From assembly GCA_963758635.1 (NCBI GenBank), contig CAVWWD010000003.1:544001-608000 (forward strand): a stretch of 64,000 nt of DNA. The letters are read 5' to 3'. The stretch's first letter is position 1, and each line of letters begins with the position of its first letter. Origin of the DNA: an uncultured Candidatus Rokubacteria bacterium (lineage in GTDB: Bacteria > Methylomirabilota > Methylomirabilia > Rokubacteriales > CSP1-6). The notes beneath the pieces are model-generated. The model made no database searches, was not told the DNA's origin, and was given only the letters and a program-made list of their open reading frames with translations. The translations under genes were made by a program, and so were the position numbers. This document shows, piece by piece, positions 1-14,663 of the stretch.

Positions 1-1571
1 TTCTCAATCAAACGATCGAGGCCGAGCGCCGCCTCCTCGATGAGCTGAACCGGCGGGACGCCCGCGATCTGAATGTCGGACTGCGTTGTCTCGGCGGCGG
101 CGAAGAATTTCCCATCCTGCCGTATCTCATCGATTCGCCCGATTGTATGGGGACGAATTTTGTCTCGATCCTGCGTGCCCGCGTCGTGTTCTTCAGCATC
201 AACGGGCAGAGCGACGTCACCGTCGCGCCGGGAACCCCCCTGCGGCTCTCGTGGGCCGCCCAGGACGCGGTCGACGTGTTCCTTCAGCGCGTCGGCTCCG
301 ACGGCCCCGACGTTCCCCCAGGAGCCCAGCCGCTATCTGGCTTCGCAGATCTGGGGCCCTGGACCGATAACCGCATCCGGACGGCGACCTACCGCGTCAC
401 GGCCCACAGCCGCTGCCGCACGGATACTGCTGAGGTCCACGCGACCCTCTTTCAACCCGGACTGCTTACGATTGCCGGCCTTGAGCTCGTGCAGGCGATC
501 CAGAGGTGGGATGTCAACGACCCTGCGAATCAGAACACCGTCCGCCTCGCCGCTGGAAAAACAACGGTCGTGCGTACCTATGTCGACTTCGACGGCGCGG
601 GGTTCGACTATGGGGACGGACCCGGCCGGGCGCCGCGTGTCGACGGAGAGGTCCGCCTCAGTCGCCCCGGCGGCGGCCTCGGATTCACCGTCCCCATCGA
701 ACGGTTCACCCAACTGCCTACCGGCCGCCTGCTCGACCGCTCACTCCGGTCTGGCTCTCTCATGGCGATCATCCGCGCCGCCGGCGCTCCGCAGCCGCTT
801 GAGGGCGTCTGGCAAATCAGTGTCGCGGTGGAAGCGACGGACATGAGCGGGCGCAGCATCGCGACGGCGGTGCTTCCCCCGCAATCCTTCACGTTCCACG
901 TTCGCCGCGAGGTGTGGTTTGTCGCGTACCGGGTGCGCGACAACGCGAACAATCTGCCGGCCCCGACGATGAATGCCGTGGCTGTCAGCCTGAACGCCAA
1001 TATCGATCGCCTTCCGCTCGATGACACCGACGCCGTGCCCGCGGTATTTCCGCCGCCGCTTGTCACCGATCATGATTTCACCCTGATGGACGGCGACGAC
1101 CCCGACCGCGAGCCCTGGGAAGACATGCTCGACGATCTTGAAGACGTTGCCGGCGACAATCCGGTGACGCCGGTCAGCTCAGGGCGCGGTACGCCGCTGG
1201 TCACCTATTGCGCATTCCTGCCCGACCCTTCGCCCCTGCCGGCCGGAGGCTACAACGGCATCGGCGGAATCGCGAATTTCGGCAGCCCTGAGCTGGTCGC
1301 CATCACGCTGCCCCTGGGGGCCATCATGGCCCACGAGTTCGGGCACACGCTCGACCTGGATCACGCTCCCGGACCGGATACGCCGAAAGATGAGATTGAT
1401 CCGCGTCTGGTAAACGCGACCGAGGATCATGGGTTCGATTCCGGTGTGGACAGTGGAGCGCTGGGCGCCGTCGTCCGGCAAGGCACGAACGACTTCATGG
1501 GCGATTTCGGCGGCAGCGGTGTCTCGACCCGGACCTGGGATACCGTCTTCGACATCATCGGCCCGCCGTAG
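1..1571 (+). CDS. Zinc metallopeptidase (metzincin, M66-like), 5' partial
   Basis: The frame of ORF 147..1571 is open back to the window edge. Zinc motif HEFGHTLDLDH and Met-turn-like DFMG near the C-terminus; LELVQAIQ...RLAAGKTTVVRTY segment typical of M66-like N-domains. Confidence 0.75.
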   Translation, partial: LNQTIEAERRLLDELNRRDARDLNVGLRCLGGGEEFPILPYLIDSPDCMGTNFVSILRARVVFFSINGQSDVTVAPGTPLRLSWAAQDAVDVFLQRVGSDGPDVPPGAQPLSGFADLGPWTDNRIRTATYRVTAHSRCRTDTAEVHATLFQPGLLTIAGLELVQAIQRWDVNDPANQNTVRLAAGKTTVVRTYVDFDGAGFDYGDGPGRAPRVDGEVRLSRPGGGLGFTVPIERFTQLPTGRLLDRSLRSGSLMAIIRAAGAPQPLEGVWQISVAVEATDMSGRSIATAVLPPQSFTFHVRREVWFVAYRVRDNANNLPAPTMNAVAVSLNANIDRLPLDDTDAVPAVFPPPLVTDHDFTLMDGDDPDREPWEDMLDDLEDVAGDNPVTPVSSGRGTPLVTYCAFLPDPSPLPAGGYNGIGGIANFGSPELVAITLPLGAIMAHEFGHTLDLDHAPGPDTPKDEIDPRLVNATEDHGFDSGVDSGALGAVVRQGTNDFMGDFGGSGVSTRTWDTVFDIIGPP

Positions 1572-1608
1572 TCGAGAGGGAAGCGGGAAAGCGAACGGAG
1601 GAAGGGAA

Positions 1609-2529
1609 ATGGAAGATCCAATGGTCGCGAAGGACGGCGCCGAACGGGAACCGGCTCGTGCCCCTGTGATGTATGTGAAGGTGCGGGGACGCCTCTATGA
1701 CGACAACCGCCTCGCGATTCGCTTCGACGGCCCCGCTGGCCGTCCCCTGGCGGCGGATGACGACGCCGGCCTGCGGTTGTGGGCCGAGATATACGATTCC
1801 GCCGGCGGTTTGCGTCTGCGTCACCCGCTCGCGCTGCGCGAGAGGCGTTTGATCATCATCCATGGTCGCGTTTCACAACCCGGCTACCGTCGCGTGCACG
1901 CCCATCTGCCGCTCCCATCCGATGCGGCGGAGATCCGCTTCACACGAGACGGAATTGTTCTGCGTTCGGCGAAGGTTCCGGCGACCCCGCCTGCTCTCAA
2001 CCTCATGCGGGAACCGCCCCAACGGACCGGTGGCCCGTTCACTGTCGAATGGCAGACCGATGCGCCGGTCCGTTGCCGGTTATTCCTGACCGTGGACGGC
2101 AAAAGCTGGATGCCTTTGACGGGCTGGCTGCGTGGCCGGGCGGTCAGCCTGGACCCTGCCGATCTGCCGGGCGGCCCCGCCTGCCGCCTGCGCCTGCGCG
2201 CAACAGACGGCTTCCGTGCCATCGAACGCACCACGGCACCCTTCGCGGTGCCGGTGAAACCCTGCGCGGCGATGATCATCGCCCCGTCCGATAAGGAGCG
2301 CATGCGTGCCGCTGTTCCTGTTGCTCTACGTGGGCAGGGATGGTGGCTCGAGGAACAGCGCGCTGAGACCGCCGCTCTGCGCTGGGAATCGTCAGTAGAT
2401 GGACCGCTCGGCGCCGGCGCCGTGCTTCGCGCCAAACTCTCACCTGGTCCGCACACGATCACCCTTACCGCCGGGACCGGCCCCAGGGCGGGAAGAGCAA
2501 CAATCACACTGGTCATGGAAACCTCGTAA
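1609..2529 (+). CDS. Hypothetical beta-rich (FN3/Ig/PKD-like) protein, partner of the upstream peptidase
   Basis: ATG 1609 follows GGAGGAAGG. Segments DLPGGPACRLRLRATDG and LRWESSVDGPLGAG...LSPGPHTITLTA resemble Ig/FN3-type modules. Confidence 0.65.
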   Translation: MEDPMVAKDGAEREPARAPVMYVKVRGRLYDDNRLAIRFDGPAGRPLAADDDAGLRLWAEIYDSAGGLRLRHPLALRERRLIIIHGRVSQPGYRRVHAHLPLPSDAAEIRFTRDGIVLRSAKVPATPPALNLMREPPQRTGGPFTVEWQTDAPVRCRLFLTVDGKSWMPLTGWLRGRAVSLDPADLPGGPACRLRLRATDGFRAIERTTAPFAVPVKPCAAMIIAPSDKERMRAAVPVALRGQGWWLEEQRAETAALRWESSVDGPLGAGAVLRAKLSPGPHTITLTAGTGPRAGRATITLVMETS

Positions 2530-2623
2530 GGCTTCTTGGGTGCCGCCGCTTCCACACTGTCGGCGGCGACGGAGGGAAGCGCTCCCGGTGGTGCGTCTGT
2601 CCCCGCGTACGCCACAGGGTCAG

Positions 2624-2902
2624 TCAACGGGGTAAGAGCGGTCCGGGTCCAGAAGACCACGGCCAGCGCCGCCGGAGACTGCGGGCCACGGTGCCCAGGC
2701 GATTCAGGTCGTCGAGGCTGAGCAGCGCATGGCGCCGGGGAGGCCGCCCGACGCGGCCGTACTGAGGGCGGAACCCGAGGCGCCAGTTCCTCCAGCGGAC
2801 GGTCTCGGGGCTCCAGCCGAGCAGCAGGCCGACGGCCTCGCGGGTCAGCCGCACCCCCTTCATCCAGCTGCAGACAGGGCAGCCGGGCGCCCGGCGTCTC
2901 AC
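2624..2902 (-). CDS. Small winged-HTH (Xis/MerR-like) DNA-binding protein
   Basis: 92 aa. LTREAVGLLLGWSPETVRWR is an HTH pattern, followed by a wing-like RPQYGR...LLSLDDLNRL; N-terminal CPVC. Confidence 0.45.
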   Translation of the reverse strand: MRRRAPGCPVCSWMKGVRLTREAVGLLLGWSPETVRWRNWRLGFRPQYGRVGRPPRRHALLSLDDLNRLGTVARSLRRRWPWSSGPGPLLPR

Positions 2903-2946
2903 GAGCGACGACGGCCGCTGCGGCGGCTTGCGCCGGCCGGTCGCGA

Positions 2947-2992
2947 CGTGGGGTGGCGAGCTTTGCTCGGCACCCCACGAACCCTCTATAAT
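2947..2992 (+). promoter_or_regulatory. Sigma70-like promoter overlapped by an inverted repeat
   Basis: TTGCTC (2963) - 18 nt - TATAAT (2987). Inverted repeat CGTGGGGTG-g-CGAGC-ttt-GCTCG-g-CACCCCACG at 2947-2979. Confidence 0.5.
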
Positions 2993-3096
2993 GTCGACAC
3001 TTGGAGCCAGCGGCGCGCCGATGGAGTCCGCGGCTCGTCCGATCCTGCCGAGGGCATCGCGTACCGGCGAGCCCGGCTCACCCCGGAGGTCCTCCC

Positions 3097-3831
3097 ATGC
3101 TCGAGTTCCACGGCGAGACGGACGTAGGGAAGCGGCGGCAGCTCAACGAGGACGCGATCTACGCCGAGGGCACGCTCTTCGTCGTCTGCGACGGGATGGG
3201 TGGCCACAAGGCGGGCGAGGTGGCCTCGAAGCTCGCCACCGACGTGATCGCCAACTTCGTGAAGCGCTCCGAGGAAGACCCCGAGCTGACGTGGCCCTAC
3301 GGTTTCGACCCGCGCATGTCGTACGAAGGCAACCGCCTCAGCACGGCGATCAAGCTCGCGAACCGCGTGGTGTACCGGAAGGCCATGTCGTCCGACGACT
3401 ACAACGGCATGGGCACCACGGTCGTGGCGCTGCTCTTCGCGGCGGGGCGCCCGGAGATGACGTACGGCCACGTCGGCGACAGCCGGCTGTACCTGATCTG
3501 TGGCGACACCATCACCCAGCTCACCCGCGACGACAGCTGGGTGAACCTGGTCTCGCCCGGCGACACCGCGGTCATGAAGAACGTCCTCACCAAGGCCCTC
3601 GGCGCCCGGGAAGAGGTGGAGTTCGACGTGGTGGTCCGGCCGCTCGCCCCCGGGGACATCGCGCTGCTCTGCTCCGACGGCCTCACCAACATGCTCTCCG
3701 ATCCCGAGATCCGCGATATCGTCAGCGCGAGCGGCGACATGGGCGCGGCGTGCCGCCAGCTCGTCGCGGCCGCCAACGAGCGTGGCGGCCGTGACAACGT
3801 GAGCGCCCTCCTGGTGCGCTACACCGGCTGA
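3097..3831 (+). CDS. PP2C-family Ser/Thr protein phosphatase (Stp1/PrpC-like)
   Basis: Motifs RQLNED, VCDGMGGH, GMGTT, HVGDSRLY, LCSDGL, GGRDNVS; GGAGG precedes ATG 3097. Confidence 0.95.
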   Translation: MLEFHGETDVGKRRQLNEDAIYAEGTLFVVCDGMGGHKAGEVASKLATDVIANFVKRSEEDPELTWPYGFDPRMSYEGNRLSTAIKLANRVVYRKAMSSDDYNGMGTTVVALLFAAGRPEMTYGHVGDSRLYLICGDTITQLTRDDSWVNLVSPGDTAVMKNVLTKALGAREEVEFDVVVRPLAPGDIALLCSDGLTNMLSDPEIRDIVSASGDMGAACRQLVAAANERGGRDNVSALLVRYTG

Positions 3832-3860
3832 TCGCTCCCGGAGCCGCCGGCCAACCCACC

Positions 3861-3916
3861 AATGACCCTTGCAGGGTACGGTAACCGCCACGGGCCTCTA
3901 CAATCCCACCGCTCGG
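3861..3916 (-). ncRNA. Structured RNA-like motif, copy 1 (possibly sul1-type cis-regulatory RNA)
   Basis: 50/56 nt identical to 31458-31513; the differences largely preserve pairing. Intergenic between PP2C and kinase. Confidence 0.5.
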
Positions 3917-3952
3917 CATTAGTCTGATGCGCGGGGCTCTGAGCCGGGCGAG

Positions 3953-9346
<5,394 letters not shown>

Positions 9347-9389
9347 ACCGGCGGCCGCGGGCGCCGGGCCGCCCGGTTGCGGGGGGCCC

Positions 9390-10979
9390 TCAGCGGGCCG
9401 GAGGTGGGATCGTGGCCGTCGACTCCGCCCGCTGCTTCATGCCGCGAAGCCGCAGGGCAGGAAGCGGCCCCTCGTGCTTGGTCGTGATCGTCAGGGGCTC
9501 CGCGTGCACGATGCGCCACACCCACTGGTGGACCTGCGGGCTGATCACGATCTCCGTCGGCCCCGCGCCCTCGCAGTAGCGGTTGGCCATGTTGACCGCG
9601 TCGCCGATCACCGTGAACTCCATGCGCTCCTGCGAGCCGATGAAGCCGTGCAGGACCTCGCCGCAGTGGAGCCCGATGCCCATGTCGCACGCGACCTGGC
9701 CGCGCTTGGCCCGCGCCTCGCTCACCGCGTGGACCGCCGCCTGCATGGCGAGGGCGGCGCGCACCGCCTTCTCGTGCTGCTCGGAGTCGGCCTCGGGGCT
9801 GCCGAAGACCACGAGCATCGCGTCGCCGATGAACTTGTCCACGGTGCCGTCGAAGCGGAACACCACGTCGACGAGCGGCGCGAAGTAGTCGTTGAGCATG
9901 TCCACCACGTCCTGCGAGTCCATGCCCGCGGACAGCCGCGTGAAGTCCCGGATGTCGGCGATGAGGATCGTCACCTCGGACTTCTGCCCGCCGAGGCGCA
10001 TCCGCCCGAGGCGCGCGCTGGCGAGGAGCCGGTCGCGCACCTTCGGCGAGAAGTTGGTCATGAGCCGCGTCATCAGGTGCGCGTTCGAGCGCAGCTCCTC
10101 CTGCATGCCGTGCTGCTTCACGGCCATGGCCGCGTACTGGGCCAGCGCGAGGAGGAGCCGGAGGTCGTCGGTGCTGAACGCGTCGAGCCGGTCGTAGTTC
10201 ACCGAGCACAGCACGCCGAACGCCTCGTCCTTCCAGAGGAGCGGCGCGTACATGCCGGACTCGATCGCGCGCCCGAGGGAGACGGTCACGTCGGGGTCGT
10301 GCCCGCGGCGCCACACGAAGCCCTGGCGGCGCTCCATGGCCTGGCGGGCCAGGCTCAGGCTCACGTCGGGGTCGCCGGCGGGCACCTGCGCCTTCAGGAG
10401 GAGCTGGCCGGTCGCGGGGTCCTTCACGAGGAGCGCGCCCCGCATGGCGGCGGGGATGGCCGCGGTGAGGCGCTCGACGATGGTCTGGAGCACCGTGTCG
10501 AGCCGGCTGTCCATGCTGAGCTGCAGCGGCAGGTCGTACAGGAGGGCGAGCCGGCGGCCCATGGCGCTCGACGGCTCCTCGGTGCCGTCGAAGAGGGCGC
10601 CGGCGGCGTCCAGCGCCTGGGTGATGTCGCCGCCGAGGAGCCGCGAGGTGGTGTCGGAGGCGGAGGGCGGGGGCTCGGGGGTGGCATCGAGCACGAGCAC
10701 GGTGTCGCCGATCTGGATGTTGTCGCCGGGCTGGAGCCGGCGCCGGCCCATGCCCTTCACGTCCTCGCCGTTGACGAGCGTGCCGCGGCTCGACCCGAGG
10801 TCCTCGATGAAGAAGCGGCCGTCGTCGACCACGATGGCGGCGTGCGGGCGGGAGACCGCCTTGTCCGGCGAGAGGTCGAGGTCGACGTCGAGGTCGGGAC
10901 GGGCCCGCCCGATCGTCACTCTCCGCTTCGTGGTCTCGAAGACGGAGTCCTTGCCCTCGTAGGAACGCACGATCCGCAT
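9390..10979 (-). CDS. FHA-GAF-class III adenylate cyclase
   Basis: FHA motifs IGRA, VSRPHA, DLGSSRGT; GAF-like middle region; catalytic motifs IADIRDFT, DKFIGDA, FTVIGDAVNMANR. Confidence 0.92.
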   Translation of the reverse strand: MRIVRSYEGKDSVFETTKRRVTIGRARPDLDVDLDLSPDKAVSRPHAAIVVDDGRFFIEDLGSSRGTLVNGEDVKGMGRRRLQPGDNIQIGDTVLVLDATPEPPPSASDTTSRLLGGDITQALDAAGALFDGTEEPSSAMGRRLALLYDLPLQLSMDSRLDTVLQTIVERLTAAIPAAMRGALLVKDPATGQLLLKAQVPAGDPDVSLSLARQAMERRQGFVWRRGHDPDVTVSLGRAIESGMYAPLLWKDEAFGVLCSVNYDRLDAFSTDDLRLLLALAQYAAMAVKQHGMQEELRSNAHLMTRLMTNFSPKVRDRLLASARLGRMRLGGQKSEVTILIADIRDFTRLSAGMDSQDVVDMLNDYFAPLVDVVFRFDGTVDKFIGDAMLVVFGSPEADSEQHEKAVRAALAMQAAVHAVSEARAKRGQVACDMGIGLHCGEVLHGFIGSQERMEFTVIGDAVNMANRYCEGAGPTEIVISPQVHQWVWRIVHAEPLTITTKHEGPLPALRLRGMKQRAESTATIPPPAR

Positions 10980-11010
10980 GGCTACGGCCCGTCTCTCCTC
11001 GCGTCGCCGG

Positions 11011-11352
11011 CTACTGGAACTCGAGCGTCGCGGCCCGCAGGCCGCAGAGCAGCTTGCCCGCCGTCTCGAGGCACCGATCGTTGGCCGGGGGCATCACGGG
11101 GCCGGCGAGGGCGTCCCGGTGCCAGCGTTCCAGCGGCAGCTCCTTCAGGATGCCACGACCGCCGGCCAGGCGCAGGGCGCGTTCGGTGGCCATCAGCCCC
11201 ACGTCCGCCGAGTACGCCTTGGACTGGTTGTACGGGAAGGCGGACTCCGCATCGTAGCGCGCGGCGCGGGCCGCGAACCGCTCGCGCGACAGCGCCGCCA
11301 TCGCGTCGATGATCCGGCGTTGCTCGTCGGTGACGGGGGGCAGGGGAAACAT
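11011..11352 (-). pseudogene. Acyl-CoA dehydrogenase with a large in-frame internal deletion
   Basis: The N-terminal ACAD helix (TDEQRRII...AARYDAESAFP) is joined directly to the C-terminal motif (ALRLAGGRGILKELPLERWHRDA); only 113 aa. Confidence 0.75.
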
Positions 11353-11601
11353 CCGCCGCTCATTTTAGCGCGGGCGGCGGCGCAGGCGACAGCGCGGCGC
11401 GCGCCGCCGCCCTGCGCCTGCCGCCGATCACGTCCTGCTCGAGCGCGATGAGGCCCCCGATCTCGCTGCTGGCGCTCCGGGGCGTCCACGGCGCCCGCCC
11501 GCCCCAGGGTGTGGCCCCGGCGCCCCGGCCGGTCTCCGGTCCCCGGGCGCAAAGACATCATTTTGCGCCGCTCGAAGACTCGCTTAGAATCCCGTGGGCG
11601 G

Positions 11602-11617
11602 TGGCGCGGTTTGTGCA
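11602..11617 (+). promoter_or_regulatory. Sigma54 -24/-12 promoter
   Basis: TGGCGCGGTTTGTGCA (GG-N10-GC) upstream of the cytochrome gene. Confidence 0.55.
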
Positions 11618-11672
11618 CCACCTCGAGCGTTGTCCGTGAGGCACCCAGAAGAGCGCCAGGAAAGGACCACAG

Positions 11673-12845
11673 ATGTTCCACGCCAGGGTTGTGGTCGTGT
11701 CGGCAGCCGTGCTCCTCTTCGCCCTGGGCGGGGCGGAGGCTCAACAGGCCACCCCGGGTCAGGATCCGGCCGCGGGAGCGCGCGTCTTCGATTCCGCCGG
11801 GTGCGTCAAGTGCCACGCGATCAACGGCGTGGGCGGCAAGGTCGGGCCCGACCTCGCGAAGAGCGCGCGAAGCCGTTCGTTCTACGACCTCGCCTCGGCG
11901 GTGTGGAATCACCTGCCGCGCATGACCTCGCGGATGGAGCAGATGGGCATCGCCCGCGTGAAACTGAGCTCGCAGCAAGCCGGTGACGTGGTCGCGTACC
12001 TCTACACGCTGCACTACTTCGACCGTCCCGGCCGCCCCGACAACGGCAAGCGCCTCTTCGCCGACAAGAAGTGTGTCCAGTGCCACCAGGTCGAGGGGCG
12101 CGGCGGCACCGTGGGCCCGGCCGTCGATGCGTTCAAGCGCTTCTCGTCGCCGCTCTACGTGGCCGCCGCGATGTGGAACCACGGCCCGCAGATGGCCGAG
12201 GCCATGAAGGCCCAGGGCATCGAGCGGCCCCGCCTCTCCGCCGACGAGTTGCGGGACCTGATCGCCTATCTGTCCCCCGCCACCAGCCGCACGGGGCCCG
12301 TGCCGACGACGGCGGGCGGCGCCGAGCGGGGCCGGCTGATCTTTGCCGAGAAGGGGTGCGTGAGCTGCCATCCCGCGACGGGAGGCGGCGCCGGCCCGTC
12401 GCTGGTCGGTCGCGGCGTGCGACGAAGTCCCCTCGAGTTCGCCGCCGCGCTCTGGGAGAAGGCGCCAGCGATGCTCGCGGCGCGCAAGCCGGAGATGGGA
12501 CCGCCGCCGACGCTGACCGCCGACGACATGGCCGACCTCGTCGCCTACCTCGACGCCACCGGATACTTCGCGGGCTCGGGCAGCGTGACCGGCGGGTGGC
12601 GCGTCATGGCCGACAAGGGCTGCCTGGTCTGCCACGGTGTGCACGGAGAACGCGGCAAGCCGGCCAGCGACCTCACCCGCGCCTCCGCGCTCGATTCGCG
12701 CGCCGCCGTGCTGGCGAGCTTCTGGAACCACACGACGGTCACGGCGCCCGCGGCGGGAGGCGGGCGCGCCCCGTGGCCGGCCATCTCGCCGCGCGAGATG
12801 GCGGACCTGATGGCGCTTCTGCAGGCGTTCCAGCGCCGCCCCTGA
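11673..12845 (+). CDS. Exported tetraheme c-type cytochrome
   Basis: Signal peptide; CVKCH, CVQCH, CVSCH, CLVCH, each in a repeated domain with W(N/E)H/K...M. Confidence 0.9.
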   Translation: MFHARVVVVSAAVLLFALGGAEAQQATPGQDPAAGARVFDSAGCVKCHAINGVGGKVGPDLAKSARSRSFYDLASAVWNHLPRMTSRMEQMGIARVKLSSQQAGDVVAYLYTLHYFDRPGRPDNGKRLFADKKCVQCHQVEGRGGTVGPAVDAFKRFSSPLYVAAAMWNHGPQMAEAMKAQGIERPRLSADELRDLIAYLSPATSRTGPVPTTAGGAERGRLIFAEKGCVSCHPATGGGAGPSLVGRGVRRSPLEFAAALWEKAPAMLAARKPEMGPPPTLTADDMADLVAYLDATGYFAGSGSVTGGWRVMADKGCLVCHGVHGERGKPASDLTRASALDSRAAVLASFWNHTTVTAPAAGGGRAPWPAISPREMADLMALLQAFQRRP

Positions 12846-13044
12846 CGCGCGACTCCGGCTGACCGGGCCCCCACCGGTGACATGCGGTGGGGGGCCGCGA
12901 GCCCGCGTGCCCGCGGAGTCACCGCGGGCGTCCCCTCCCTCTCCCCGAGCGTGTGTGACGCTACTGCCCCGGCCGGGACACGGGCGCCGCGCACGTCCGG
13001 CCACCAAGGCGTCCAAGGTCGCGATTGTCCAGCCCTCCCGCGCG

Positions 13045-13060
13045 TGGCATTTCGAATGCA
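13045..13060 (+). promoter_or_regulatory. Sigma54 -24/-12 promoter
   Basis: TGGCATTTCGAATGCA, about 75 nt before ATG 13135. Confidence 0.65.
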
Positions 13061-13134
13061 CCTCCCTGCGGTGAGCCTCTGCCGTCGGAGACGCGGGCAC
13101 GAGCCGGAACCCCCCTCGTGAGAGGAGAGCCGCG

Positions 13135-13503
13135 ATGGATCTGTACTTCGAGCCTTGGGAGGCAGGCATCCGCGAAGCGTGGATCGAGAGCGTCCAGGGC
13201 ATGGCCGACGCCATCGGCTCGGCCATGCTGATCGCGCTGTTCGTCCTGGTGCCGATGGCCGTGCTGCTCGCGCCCCGCCGTCAGCGGCGGCGGATCGTGT
13301 GCCCGCTGAAGGGTCAGGCGATGCACGTCCAGTTCGACGCGTGCGGGGTCCCGGGGGTGCTCTGGTCGGCCACGGTCCGGAGCTGCAGCGCCTTTGATCC
13401 GCCCACCGCGGTGCATTGCGACGGCGCATGCCTTCGCGGGTCCGCGGGGCGAAGCGCCGGCACTCTCCACGAGGGGGGCCAGGTTGCCGGGAGGGGACGA
13501 TGA
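13135..13503 (+). CDS. Membrane-anchored Cys-rich hypothetical protein
   Basis: GAGGAG SD; one TM helix; CP...CS...C-x3-C pattern; stop overlaps the next ATG (ATGA). Confidence 0.7.
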   Translation: MDLYFEPWEAGIREAWIESVQGMADAIGSAMLIALFVLVPMAVLLAPRRQRRRIVCPLKGQAMHVQFDACGVPGVLWSATVRSCSAFDPPTAVHCDGACLRGSAGRSAGTLHEGGQVAGRGR

Positions 13504-14210
13504 AGGCCCAGGACGTCATGACCGCGGATGTCGTCACGGTGCGCCCCACGACGCCGGTGGCCGAGGCCGCCCGCCTCATGGTGGATCGGCGGATCAGCGG
13601 CCTTCCCGTGGTCACGGAGGAGGGCTATCCGTCGGAGCTCGAGCGTGTCATCACCGTGCGTGACGGCGCGGTCGTGCGTCTGCGTCCGATCCGCGCCGAC
13701 GACGCGCCGAGGCTCCAGGCGCTGCACGCGAGGCTGAGCCTCCAGACGATCTACCAGCGCTTCTTCAACGTCCTGAGGCGCCTGCCCACCAACTGGGCCC
13801 GGTATCTCGCCAACGTTGACTACCGGAGCCGGCTGGCCCTCGTCGTGGAGTGGACGCGTCCGGACGGGAACGCGGAGCTGGTCGGCGTCGGACGCTACGA
13901 GCCGACCAGCGACGCGGGGCGGGTGGAGGTCGCCTTCGTCATCGACGATCGCTGGCAGGGGAGGGGGCTCGGCACCGTGCTGTTCAATGACCTGCTCGCC
14001 GCGGCGGAGGCGCGGGGGATCCGGGAGTTCTCGGCCGAGGTGCTGGCCGACAACACGCGGATGCTGGACCTCATCGCGCGCTTCGCCACCATCGTGTCGC
14101 GACGCCTCGCCGACGGCATCGTGAGCCTGGTGTTCACGCGTCGATCCGCGACGTTGGACAGCCGCCGCGCGGAGCGCGTCGCGGCCCACGCCCGGGAAGG
14201 AGGACCATGA
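13500..14210 (+). CDS. Single CBS domain fused to GNAT acetyltransferase
   Basis: MKAQDVMTADVVTV...ISGLPVV (CBS), then YPSELER...LRPIRADD...EVAFVIDDRWQGRGLGT (Pat-type GNAT). Confidence 0.85.
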   Translation: MKAQDVMTADVVTVRPTTPVAEAARLMVDRRISGLPVVTEEGYPSELERVITVRDGAVVRLRPIRADDAPRLQALHARLSLQTIYQRFFNVLRRLPTNWARYLANVDYRSRLALVVEWTRPDGNAELVGVGRYEPTSDAGRVEVAFVIDDRWQGRGLGTVLFNDLLAAAEARGIREFSAEVLADNTRMLDLIARFATIVSRRLADGIVSLVFTRRSATLDSRRAERVAAHAREGGP

Positions 14211-14565
14211 TGAGAGCGTTACGGACGATTCTGCTGCTGCTGGTGGTGGTGGTGCTCGGCGCGAGCTCCGCGTTCGCGCAGGGGCCGGCCCCCGGAGCGG
14301 GGCCAGGCGGCGGCGCCGCGCGCCCCGATGATGGGCCACGACCGGGCCATGCCGCACGCCGGAATGCATGGCGGCGGGATGCACCGCGCGATGATGGCAC
14401 GCGGTGACGTGCCCGATGATGCCCGAGGGCATGGCGGGCGGCGCCATGGGGCCGCCCGCGGGCCCGAAGGGGCAGGCGAGGATGCTCCGGATGCGCGGCG
14501 ACATGATGAAGGCGATGGGCGAGGTCATGCTCAAGCACGCCGAGGAGATGGAGAAGGACAGGTAG
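14207..14565 (+). CDS. Exported Met/His/Gly-rich small protein (frameshifted)
   Basis: Signal peptide (14207 frame), MMGHDRAMPHAGMHGGGMH (14328 frame), then MLRMRGDMMKAMGEVMLKHAEEMEKDR* ending at 14565 in the third frame. Confidence 0.6.
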
Positions 14566-14663
14566 GCGCGCCGACGCGCGGCGCGTGAGCGGGCGGGCGG
14601 GTCCCCGCTCACGGCCGCGCGGCCGGGCGGGGGCGTCCCACCAGGAGGAGGGCACAGCGGGCC

